Source of the DNA: Gammaproteobacteria bacterium
Lineage (GTDB): Bacteria; Pseudomonadota; Gammaproteobacteria; Eutrophobiales; Eutrophobiaceae
NCBI GenBank assembly: GCA_030829955.1
Contig: JAURNY010000022.1
Coordinates: forward strand, 12,332-76,331
Direction: 5' to 3'
Length of the DNA: 64,000 nucleotides
In this document: in pieces, positions 41,152 through 49,050 of the stretch
How the letters are laid out: every line of letters starts with the position of its first letter
How positions within the stretch are numbered: position 1 is the first letter of the stretch
The notes under the pieces: generated by a model
Told to the model about the DNA's origin: nothing
The model's database searches: none
Seen by the model: the letters and a program-made list of their open reading frames with translations, nothing else
Position numbers and translations under genes: made by a program

Positions 41152-41923
41152 TTATTTTGAACAGACTAGAAAATGCCTTGAAACTAGTACTGTAGAAGAA
41201 AAAGTCAGTTTGAGTATGTCTATGCAGGAATTATTACTGCAGGCACATGGTGAATGGAAAAAAATAGATAATCACACTTTCACGCCGGGCTGGCCAGAGA
41301 AGCCTGAATTAGTAGAACCTCAGCATTTACCCAGACGTAAATTGACTACGGTTGAAGGACAGGCTGCCATGATTCATTCATTTGCTCATATTGAATTTAA
41401 TGCGATCAATCTGGCATGGGATATCATTTGTCGTTTCCAGCATATGCCAATACCGTTTCATCATGACTGGTCAAAAGTGGCGATCGAAGAAGCGAAGCAT
41501 TTCTCGATGTTAAACAGTCGTTTAAATGATTTAGGCTATACTTATGGTGATTTTCCTGCGCATGATGGTCTTTGGCGTATGGCTGAAGAGACATCTGACA
41601 ATATTCTGGTGCGTTTAGCTGTAATTCCCCGGATTTATGAAGCAAGAGGGCTTGATGTCACACCTGATTTAATTAATCGTTTTAGCGAAATAGGGGACAA
41701 GCAAACAGTAAACATATTAAATGTGATTTATCAGGATGAAATAGGGCATGTTAAAGCAGGTAGTGAGTGGTTTCGCTATGTTTGCGAACAAAGAAAAATT
41801 AATGCTGAGGAAGCATTCGATAAATTGTTTAAACAATATGCACCTCGAGGCAAAAACAAACTAAATGAGTCAGCCAGACGACAGGCTGGCTTTACTGATC
41901 TGGAAATACAATTAATCAGTTAA
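41144..41923 (+). CDS. DUF455 ferritin-like di-iron family protein
   Basis: HIEFNAINLAWD, EEAKHF, ARGLD and DEIGHV carboxylate/His motifs. ATG at 41144 overlaps the tilS stop by 8 nt. Confidence 0.7.
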   Translation: MINYFEQTRKCLETSTVEEKVSLSMSMQELLLQAHGEWKKIDNHTFTPGWPEKPELVEPQHLPRRKLTTVEGQAAMIHSFAHIEFNAINLAWDIICRFQHMPIPFHHDWSKVAIEEAKHFSMLNSRLNDLGYTYGDFPAHDGLWRMAEETSDNILVRLAVIPRIYEARGLDVTPDLINRFSEIGDKQTVNILNVIYQDEIGHVKAGSEWFRYVCEQRKINAEEAFDKLFKQYAPRGKNKLNESARRQAGFTDLEIQLIS

Positions 41924-41927
41924 TTAA

Positions 41928-42668
41928 ATGATATTAAATAAAATAAAAACGGCATTTAAGAAGAATAATAAGCCACAGATATCAGAAACAGATGTGTTTG
42001 AGGGAAAAACATATGCAGAACGAGAACAATCAATTTTTGGTGAAGAACGTGTTTTGCAACAACGACTGTTTGAGAAATGGGCAGTCAAGGAGGAATGGCA
42101 TCTCAAGAACGAAGGTATAAAGCTGATATTAGCAATCGATCCGGCGCAAAAACATCATTTTGATACTGAGACGAAAGATAAAATAAATGATCTCTGGCTA
42201 CATGCAAAAGAGTGTGTAACTGATCATTTGCTTCAGGTTATTAATCCCGAAGAAAAGCCAGAAGCATGGCGTGTTAGTCCGGCTGCATTATACCGTTGGG
42301 CGAAGATAAGTCGTGTCAGTGTGCCAGCAGAACTATCTTCTTTAATGGATTTTGTTTTACAGACTATTTTGTCGACCGAACATGGTAATAACAATGATCA
42401 ACGACATAGTGATACAGGCAATACAGAACAATACAATTTACATAAAGAGATTGTGCTGGGGGCTTCATTGTCATTGTTAGCAAGCAAACCGGATGTTTGT
42501 AAAAGTCGTAGTGGTAAAATCAAGGCGAGACTTATTGCTGAAGAAATTACTAAAAACAGTAAAAATTGGTTTGAGGAAGAACCATTGCTGGCTCAAACTG
42601 CTATGCAGGATTTAATAGAACAATATTTGTTTAAAAGCCAAAATCCATTAAATCAATCAACTGATTGA
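41928..42668 (+). CDS. hypothetical protein (246 aa), co-directional with tilS and the DUF455 gene
   Basis: Long ORF beginning 4 nt after the DUF455 stop. No recognisable motifs. Confidence 0.5.
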   Translation: MILNKIKTAFKKNNKPQISETDVFEGKTYAEREQSIFGEERVLQQRLFEKWAVKEEWHLKNEGIKLILAIDPAQKHHFDTETKDKINDLWLHAKECVTDHLLQVINPEEKPEAWRVSPAALYRWAKISRVSVPAELSSLMDFVLQTILSTEHGNNNDQRHSDTGNTEQYNLHKEIVLGASLSLLASKPDVCKSRSGKIKARLIAEEITKNSKNWFEEEPLLAQTAMQDLIEQYLFKSQNPLNQSTD

Positions 42669-44158
42669 GGGGGTTTAGTTTTTTGCATTATAGTTGATTC
42701 TTCCTCTTCATGCTCAGGCGCATCTAAACTGAAGCTTAATAATATATCACCAATCTCTATGACATCACCTTCTTTAATTGTGGCGCGACCTATTTTTTCG
42801 CCATTCACATAAACCCCATTCATGGAATTCATATCGATAAGCTCGAATTCACCTGCAGAATCACGATGTACTTCAGCATGACGACGAGAAACCGAATTAT
42901 CATCCAGAATTAATTCATTATCTTTCCCTCTGCCTATGCGGCAGATTGTTCTCATTACAGGATAGCGGATATCTTTTTTGTCGTTATCTATAAGGTAAGC
43001 ATAAGGCTTATATTCATAAACTGGCGCTTTACTTTTTTTGTTTGCAGGGCGTTGCCACACTAAAAATAATGTTATTAGAATAAGTATAATGATGATGATG
43101 AATGCAGCGGGTACACCATACCATAACCATAAGTTGATTGGCTTCGCCTCGACCTGCTTTGTGATGATGGTGACCGGTGCAATATCCTCAGTTGGAATTT
43201 CAACATTAGTCGCTGTCTCAGATTGGTCATTATTCTTTATTGGTTCTATTGTAGTTTTTGCAAGTGGTAATTTTATAGGAATCAATAAGGAATCATTTTT
43301 ATCAATTAAAAGTTTGATTGCAGCTTTTTTATTTGATGTGTTGCTTAAATCCTCCAGAGATACAATAAACTGCCCGCCTGTAAATATATTATTTAAGGCT
43401 TTTCGAATATAGGTGTTTTCTAATTCGAGCGATTGATCGACTTCTTTAAATGTGCCGCCAGTTTCTTCACTCAATCGTCGTAATGTTTGTAAAGCAACAG
43501 ATAAGGAAACGGAACGAGGATAACCAATCGAATTAATTACAATACCTGTTTTTCTAGCAAGATTCACAACATCGGAGTGAAAATATGCAAGGTCCTCTGC
43601 CTGCCCATCAGAGAGTAATACCAAAACCTTGCGTGAAGCATCTTGTTCATCAAGATACTGCAATGCCTGTATTACATTTCGATATAGTTCGGTAGTTTTG
43701 CCACTAGCCTTTAGATTTGCTAATTGTTTTTTTAATAAAAAACTGGATTGTCCAAAAGGGGATTCTATACGAAAAGTTTTATCAAATACTGCCAGAGCGA
43801 AATTCAAACCTGCTTCTGAGGTATTATTGATTATGGCCTCAATATGTTTTTTATTTTTTTCGATGACATTCTGTCGGGCGGGATCACTTGTATCAACGAG
43901 AAATAATACGTCAACTGAATTATTTTTATCAGTAGAAAAACCGATATTCAAAAGTTGAATGGGTTTGCCAAGATATGATGCAGACAGATTATCAGGTTGT
44001 TGCTCGTTCAGTTTTCTGTATTCGCAAGTCAGTTTTGAATTTATTTGAGCGCATTGAAGATCGATATTATGTGTTAACTTTTGCCATGATGCAGCGTGTG
44101 TCGCGCCTGAAAATGATATAACCAATAATAAAATACATATTCTTTGGGCTAGCCGCAT
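42653..44158 (-). CDS. bitopic signal peptide-vWA-TM-FHA protein
   Basis: Signal peptide (SGATHA/AS). vWA core (VDVLFLVDTSDPARQ ... VLVLLSDGQAED). TM helix (LWLWYGVPAAFIIIIILILITLFLVW). C-terminal FHA (CRIGRGKDNELILDDNSVSRRHAEVH ... LIDMNSMNGVYVNGEKI). Confidence 0.8.
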   Translation of the reverse strand: MRLAQRICILLLVISFSGATHAASWQKLTHNIDLQCAQINSKLTCEYRKLNEQQPDNLSASYLGKPIQLLNIGFSTDKNNSVDVLFLVDTSDPARQNVIEKNKKHIEAIINNTSEAGLNFALAVFDKTFRIESPFGQSSFLLKKQLANLKASGKTTELYRNVIQALQYLDEQDASRKVLVLLSDGQAEDLAYFHSDVVNLARKTGIVINSIGYPRSVSLSVALQTLRRLSEETGGTFKEVDQSLELENTYIRKALNNIFTGGQFIVSLEDLSNTSNKKAAIKLLIDKNDSLLIPIKLPLAKTTIEPIKNNDQSETATNVEIPTEDIAPVTIITKQVEAKPINLWLWYGVPAAFIIIIILILITLFLVWQRPANKKSKAPVYEYKPYAYLIDNDKKDIRYPVMRTICRIGRGKDNELILDDNSVSRRHAEVHRDSAGEFELIDMNSMNGVYVNGEKIGRATIKEGDVIEIGDILLSFSLDAPEHEEEESTIMQKTKPPQSVD

Positions 44159-44178
44159 AATTGGATACTATGACATAG

Positions 44179-44691
44179 TTATTTGTCTGGAAATAACGGG
44201 TCAGGTAAATCGTAAAATTCAATATGTACGGACTTCATTCCCTGTTTTTCTTCAACAATTTGATTGAATGCATCATCAGGTTCTTTAAATTCGCCCAGCT
44301 GAGCAATGTCTTTTTCCATTTTAGCATTCACATTAATAATCTTTTGATGTAATTCATTTGAATACTCCAGCTTATACGAGCGAGGTTCACCTGTAGATGT
44401 CATATCCTTTATTTCTGTTAACCATAGATAAACATAGCCTTCATCGCCAGTTTCCTTGTTTGGTTGTGAGACATGTGCCGCAATTAATCTGAATTGTTGC
44501 GGCGGTAATTGAGTCGTTGGCCAACCAAGTAATGGAGGAAATGAAAAATAAACGATCAGGTAAAACGCTGAGGTCAGAATGATGGTAAATGCCTTCACAT
44601 ACCACGACCATTTTGAATATAAATTAATGCTTAATAATAATAAGCCCAGTAATATAAAAGCAGAAATAATGCCTGTGATTCCTATTGTCAT
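44179..44691 (-). CDS. 2-TM membrane protein of unknown function (operon member)
   Basis: Two N-terminal hydrophobic helices, then a roughly 100-aa soluble domain. 20 to 24-nt spacing to both neighbours. Confidence 0.55.
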   Translation of the reverse strand: MTIGITGIISAFILLGLLLLSINLYSKWSWYVKAFTIILTSAFYLIVYFSFPPLLGWPTTQLPPQQFRLIAAHVSQPNKETGDEGYVYLWLTEIKDMTSTGEPRSYKLEYSNELHQKIINVNAKMEKDIAQLGEFKEPDDAFNQIVEEKQGMKSVHIEFYDLPDPLFPDK

Positions 44692-44715
44692 AATAATTTT
44701 ATTCCAAAGTTTAAT

Positions 44716-45309
44716 TTATCCTAAAATAACTAAATTTTTAGGGAGAAAGTTAATACCAAAAATTTCACCATCTCGACCAATACTAAAACGTAACGCTGTT
44801 TTTTCGTCACCTTTTTTCTCAAGATTTATAATGCCGTAATACACGACTTCGAGTTTCGGGTTGACCTTGACAAGCCTGACATTTACATCAACAGGTTTTT
44901 CTGTTTCAGAGCCATAGTAATGCAAGTTAACAACATACTCACCTTTAACTACACCACGAAGTGTTACCACTTCCTGATTAAGTGGATTCTGTACTTCTTC
45001 TCCATTTATAGTGATCGTATCATTGACCAGACCACGGTCATCTCGATCAAGATGTAACAAACCTGCTTCAGGCGTTCTGAACCAGACAATCTGACCCTCA
45101 GGATCTTCTACCCATACATCAATATCATCAGGACTAAAATCATCCCACGTGATGGTAAGAATGTATTCCGCTTTCGGATCAATAATCCCTGATTTTGCCT
45201 CAGGATTCATGAACATGATTGCTACCAGAAACAAGAAAGTAAAACCCAATAGGGCATTAAACAATAAATCTGTGAACGGATCGGAACGAAATCGATTTTT
45301 TACACTCAT
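44716..45309 (-). CDS. ExbD/TolR-signature bitopic protein with unrecognised beta-rich periplasmic domain
   Basis: N-terminus RSDPFTDLLFNALLGFTFLFLVAIMFM parallels the ExbD/TolR P-[FL]-x-D-[VLM] plus TM signature. Compare TPLIDMVFILLIFFLV of the ExbD at 61291-61692. It starts 5 nt after the MotA/ExbB-like gene. Confidence 0.55.
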   Translation of the reverse strand: MSVKNRFRSDPFTDLLFNALLGFTFLFLVAIMFMNPEAKSGIIDPKAEYILTITWDDFSPDDIDVWVEDPEGQIVWFRTPEAGLLHLDRDDRGLVNDTITINGEEVQNPLNQEVVTLRGVVKGEYVVNLHYYGSETEKPVDVNVRLVKVNPKLEVVYYGIINLEKKGDEKTALRFSIGRDGEIFGINFLPKNLVILG

Positions 45310-45314
45310 GATAA

Positions 45315-46058
45315 TTATTGTTCAATTTTTGAAAGAACATGTACCTGCGTTAAATGACGTATCATTTCAATTAATTCATCTGCATGTCTGTCAAGCATAT
45401 GATATTGCAGTGCTGATAATACGCTACCGATTAAACCTATAAGAGTAGTATATAGCGCTGTACCCATGCCGGTACTCATATTTTTAAGAATTTTCTGCAT
45501 GGAGCTGACATCAAAATCAGCAATATTAGCTACAGAGCCCAACATGAATATAAAGCCAATAATAGTGCCTAATAACCCCATCTTTAACATCATGTCAGAC
45601 ACAAACCAGCCAATTTCCTGAGGGCCTTTTAAGCGAGATTCATAGACTTCAATCAGATCAACAGAAGCGGAATCATCATTTTGTTTGTTACTGGTCTGAT
45701 TTCGATAATAGATATCGCCAATATATTCAGACATAAAACAAGCTGGCAGTTTAGTGGTGGAGTTAATAATAACCGTTTCGTCTTCACCAACAGATACAGT
45801 AATGTTTTTTTCTTTTTTAATTAATTTTTCAACCTGCATAGACAAGTTAGTTTGTAATGACATTGTATAAATACGGTATGCGCAATGTATTGTTACTAAT
45901 ATATAGATAAGTGTAATTGCCCATGAAATTCGACTTTTGTCCACGGCAAACAACATGGCAATAATGTCCTGTTCCCAGGCAATTATTAATGAAAAGATAA
46001 TGAGACCCGTTAGGATCATCCATTTCAAGAAGAGTATATGTTCAGGTTTATCATTCAT
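45315..46058 (-). CDS. MotA/TolQ/ExbB proton-channel family protein (2+2 TM, MotA-like topology)
   Basis: C-terminal channel motifs MGLLGTIIGFIFMLGSV and STGMGTALYTTLIGLIGSV match the two ExbB paralogues in this window (LLGLLGTVTG.. / ..ALL.TT.GL). Confidence 0.8.
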   Translation of the reverse strand: MNDKPEHILFLKWMILTGLIIFSLIIAWEQDIIAMLFAVDKSRISWAITLIYILVTIHCAYRIYTMSLQTNLSMQVEKLIKKEKNITVSVGEDETVIINSTTKLPACFMSEYIGDIYYRNQTSNKQNDDSASVDLIEVYESRLKGPQEIGWFVSDMMLKMGLLGTIIGFIFMLGSVANIADFDVSSMQKILKNMSTGMGTALYTTLIGLIGSVLSALQYHMLDRHADELIEMIRHLTQVHVLSKIEQ

Positions 46059-46554
46059 ATTCTAAAATTTCTGTAGTGTTTGGTTGAACATTAAAAGGGT
46101 CATTGGATGCTACATATTCTATCATTGACCTCAATATTATATTGATTTTTTTCGCAATGTTATCCAGATTTACATTATCTGTAGATTCCGGTAATAAGTG
46201 GGTGCTTAACACTATTTCATTATTTTTTACAAATACAGCAATTTTGTAAGGGCAATAATTGATATATTGAGGTTCAATTTTCAACATATCCTCAGCAAGA
46301 GACAAATTACAAAACAAAATAACTTCATTATCAGGAAAGTCAACAATACCTCTATCCTGTATAGCCTCACCTATATGTAACCTGCCAGTAATGCGAAAAT
46401 TATATTCAGTTATAATAAATTCTATATCCTGAAGCACATCTGTAAACTGTTTGCTTGTTGATTTTTCATAGAAAGTTGGAGCCGTTTTATCACACCCCGT
46501 AATAATAAAAAAAGTTAATAATATAACGATTTTATAAGGTAGTTTAATGAACAT
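46051..46554 (-). CDS. DUF302-domain lipoprotein
   Basis: Lipobox FIITGC. The pattern F..V...IE..I.E.NF.I ... VILFCN ... P..INYCPYKIAVF.. is typical of DUF302. Confidence 0.6.
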   Translation of the reverse strand: MFIKLPYKIVILLTFFIITGCDKTAPTFYEKSTSKQFTDVLQDIEFIITEYNFRITGRLHIGEAIQDRGIVDFPDNEVILFCNLSLAEDMLKIEPQYINYCPYKIAVFVKNNEIVLSTHLLPESTDNVNLDNIAKKINIILRSMIEYVASNDPFNVQPNTTEILEYE

Positions 46555-46585
46555 TTATTTATTTCATCATATATCAGTAGATTTA

Positions 46586-47158
46586 CTATTCTGCGATAAC
46601 GACTTGAGTACCAACATCGACAAACTTTTTTAATTCCTGAATTTCTTCATTGGTTAACGCAATACAGCCCTCTGTCCAGTCTGTATTTTCATGAATAGCG
46701 AGTTTTTTTTCTGTAGTGGTTCCAATGCCATGAATACCGATAAATCCACCTAACTCGGTATCTTGTGGTGGAATCCTTCTTTGCTTGTAGGCATTTGCAA
46801 TTTTTTTGAATTCTGCAGAATCGATAATCTTATTTTTATAACCATACCAGGCGTCGTTCAGGTTTGGGTAATCAAGCTGCATGAAATAATGAAAACGATC
46901 ACTATCTTTTAAACTTAAAATGCGATAGGTGCCGATTGGTGTTTTGCCATCCCCCTGACGACGTTTAGTGCCTTTGCCTCCTATGCCGCTGGATATTTTA
47001 TAGCGTTTAACAACTTTGCCGGATTTTTCCAGAATCAATTCCTTGTTCTTTTTGGAGATGCGAATTTGGTAATCGTTTGCAGATACAGCAGGGGAGACAA
47101 GGATAAGGTTGAAACCTAGGGAAATAATGACCCCGAATTTTATTAGAATTTTTATCAT
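46586..47158 (-). CDS. L,D-transpeptidase (YkuD) family protein
   Basis: Signal peptide. Catalytic block IGIHGIG ... TEGCIALTNEE (His ... Gly-Cys). Confidence 0.8.
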   Translation of the reverse strand: MIKILIKFGVIISLGFNLILVSPAVSANDYQIRISKKNKELILEKSGKVVKRYKISSGIGGKGTKRRQGDGKTPIGTYRILSLKDSDRFHYFMQLDYPNLNDAWYGYKNKIIDSAEFKKIANAYKQRRIPPQDTELGGFIGIHGIGTTTEKKLAIHENTDWTEGCIALTNEEIQELKKFVDVGTQVVIAE

Positions 47159-47244
47159 CGAACTTTTGTATGCGCTTAATTAACTCTAGATTCTAGGTAA
47201 TTATTTTTAAAATTTCATCCCGAATTGCAGTTGTACGCCAGACA

Positions 47245-47272
47245 TAAAAAAAGGGGCTATAGCCCCTTTTTT
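47245..47272. terminator. rho-independent terminator downstream of pqqA (symmetrical A/T tracts)
   Basis: aaaaaaaGGGGCTatAGCCCCtttttt begins 20 nt after the pqqA stop. Confidence 0.8.
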
Positions 47273-47291
47273 GTACATTAAACAAATATAA

Positions 47292-47366
47292 TTATTTGTT
47301 GTTGATGTACATGGTTACTTCAAAACCAAAGCGAATATCGCTGTATGCTGGTGTTTCCCATTTCAT
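47292..47366 (-). CDS. pqqA: coenzyme PQQ precursor peptide PqqA (24 aa; not in ORF track)
   Basis: Product MKWETPAYSDIRFGFEVTMYINNK fits the PqqA pattern M.W..P...(D/E).R.G.EVT.Y, with the Glu-x3-Tyr cross-link pair. GAGGAG lies 8 nt upstream of the ATG. Confidence 0.85.
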   Translation of the reverse strand: MKWETPAYSDIRFGFEVTMYINNK

Positions 47367-47440
47367 GATTAATTCTCCTCATGTATTGTTAAAAGAAAAC
47401 CCCTAAAAGGGTACACAATTATTATGTGCAATATGAAAAC

Positions 47441-47456
47441 AGCATAAATCGCGCCA
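47441..47456 (-). promoter_or_regulatory. sigma-54 (-24/-12) promoter candidate for pqqA
   Basis: The minus strand reads TGGCGCGATTTATGCT against consensus TGGCACGrNNNTTGCW, with correct GG-N10-GC spacing. It is about 75 nt upstream of the pqqA ATG and next to a sigma-54 activator gene. Confidence 0.5.
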
Positions 47457-47529
47457 ATGAATTAAATCTGTTATAAATCAATTTATTACAATTATTTTTT
47501 AACAATTAAATTATAAAATTGGTTAATAC

Positions 47530-47566
47530 TATCCAATATTTTGGATATTAACAACCATATTTGGTT
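47530..47566. promoter_or_regulatory. two related palindromes (TATCCAAtattTTGGATA and AACCAtattTGGTT), candidate enhancer/operator sites
   Basis: Exact inverted repeats at 47530-47547 and 47553-47566. They lie about 100-130 bp upstream of the sigma-54 element and just before the kinase ATG. Confidence 0.3.
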
Positions 47567-47577
47567 ATACTGACCAT

Positions 47578-49050
47578 ATGTCTGGCAAGAGCAGCAAATC
47601 CCTAAAAAATCTAATATTTGGTCATGAAATCGCTATTTTGCTATTGATTACCATTACCGGATTAACGGGTGGAGCGTCAGCGTATTTCTGGCAACAAAAT
47701 TCCGCAGAATCTGTTCGAATCAATGCCATGTTTTATTTCACAGAGCAGATTCGCGGTGAAATGTATGCGCAAATACAGGAAATGATCAGGGCAAGGGTAT
47801 TAGAAGATCAAAATGCCTTTGATTCTTATTTAGAGTATTCAAGCATAATATCCGAGCGATTTAATGAACTGCGGCGACGTTCTAACTCGCACGAAGAAGA
47901 TATGGCTATTCAGGATCTGAATCTTTCCTATCGTGAGATACAGCGTGATATGAACAATCTGTTCAATGATCCTTACATATCCAATCGTCTTTCCCAGATA
48001 CAGTTACTAAATCCCCAGTTTGCACAACGTATGGTAGGAAAATTTGAACAACATTATGTTAAATTTAAAGAGTTATTATCAAAACAACATGACGAATTGG
48101 ATGAAACATTGGCAGCGTGGACGAAGTTTGCTCCTTTCGCCATTTCAATACCGATTATTATTGTTTTAATCATTGTTATTTATACACGTCAGGTCATGCG
48201 TAATGAGTTTATTAAACCGATTCGCAATATTATGCGTGGCGCAAAAGAAATTAGTCAGGGTGATCTGGATTATCAAATAGAAGAAGTTGGTGTAGAAGAG
48301 GTGGCAACACTGGCAGAAGCTATCAATAAGATGGCAAGAGAATTATCTGAATCCAGAGATGCTATAGTAGAAAACGAACGACAGGCTGCTTTAGGAACGT
48401 TGGTGCCGGTAGTTGCACATAATATTCGTAATCCATTGGCAAGTATTAGGGCGACTGCACAACTGTTAGAACATGCAGAAAATCAGAATGACATTATCGA
48501 ATCAAAAGAAGAAATTATTTCGACCATTGATCGTTTGGGTCGTTGGGTGAGTGCATTAGTATCTTATCTACATCCTCTTAAACCAAACTTGATAGATGTA
48601 TACCCAGTTGATTTGATAAATGCTGCTTTAAGTCTGGTCAATAACAAGATAGAAGAAAAACAGATCAGTATTAATAAAAAAGATTGGGAAAATAATCTTA
48701 AATTATCAGCTGATCCGGATTTAATGGAACAGGCGCTTTTTAGTTTGATATCCAATGCGGTTGATGCGACTCCGAGACAAGGTGATATCACGATCAGTTT
48801 AAGCCATCCCGAAGATTATATTGAGATACATATACTTGATAGTGGACCAGGTTTACCTTTTCAACCTAAATCCGGAAATCTGGAACCCGGACCATCAACC
48901 AAACGCATGGGAACTGGTCTCGGTATTCCAATCGCTTTTAAAATCTGCCAGAAACATGGCTGGAATTTAAACTTTGTAATTCACGAAGGAGAGGGAACTG
49001 AAGTCATTATTTCCGCTCCCTTACATACAATTTCTGAGGTAAATGAATAA
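47578..49050 (+). CDS. sensor histidine kinase (2 TM, HAMP, HisKA, HATPase_c)
   Basis: H-box VAHNIRNPLASI, N-box LISNAVDA, G-boxes DSGPGL and GTGLGIP. Confidence 0.9.
   Translation: MSGKSSKSLKNLIFGHEIAILLLITITGLTGGASAYFWQQNSAESVRINAMFYFTEQIRGEMYAQIQEMIRARVLEDQNAFDSYLEYSSIISERFNELRRRSNSHEEDMAIQDLNLSYREIQRDMNNLFNDPYISNRLSQIQLLNPQFAQRMVGKFEQHYVKFKELLSKQHDELDETLAAWTKFAPFAISIPIIIVLIIVIYTRQVMRNEFIKPIRNIMRGAKEISQGDLDYQIEEVGVEEVATLAEAINKMARELSESRDAIVENERQAALGTLVPVVAHNIRNPLASIRATAQLLEHAENQNDIIESKEEIISTIDRLGRWVSALVSYLHPLKPNLIDVYPVDLINAALSLVNNKIEEKQISINKKDWENNLKLSADPDLMEQALFSLISNAVDATPRQGDITISLSHPEDYIEIHILDSGPGLPFQPKSGNLEPGPSTKRMGTGLGIPIAFKICQKHGWNLNFVIHEGEGTEVIISAPLHTISEVNE

Noticed and set aside
47225-47240. 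Sigma-54-like motif (minus strand TGGCGTacaacTGCAA) upstream of the L,D-transpeptidase operon
   Set aside because: The GG-to-GC spacing is 9 nt rather than the obligatory 10, so it is unlikely to be functional.
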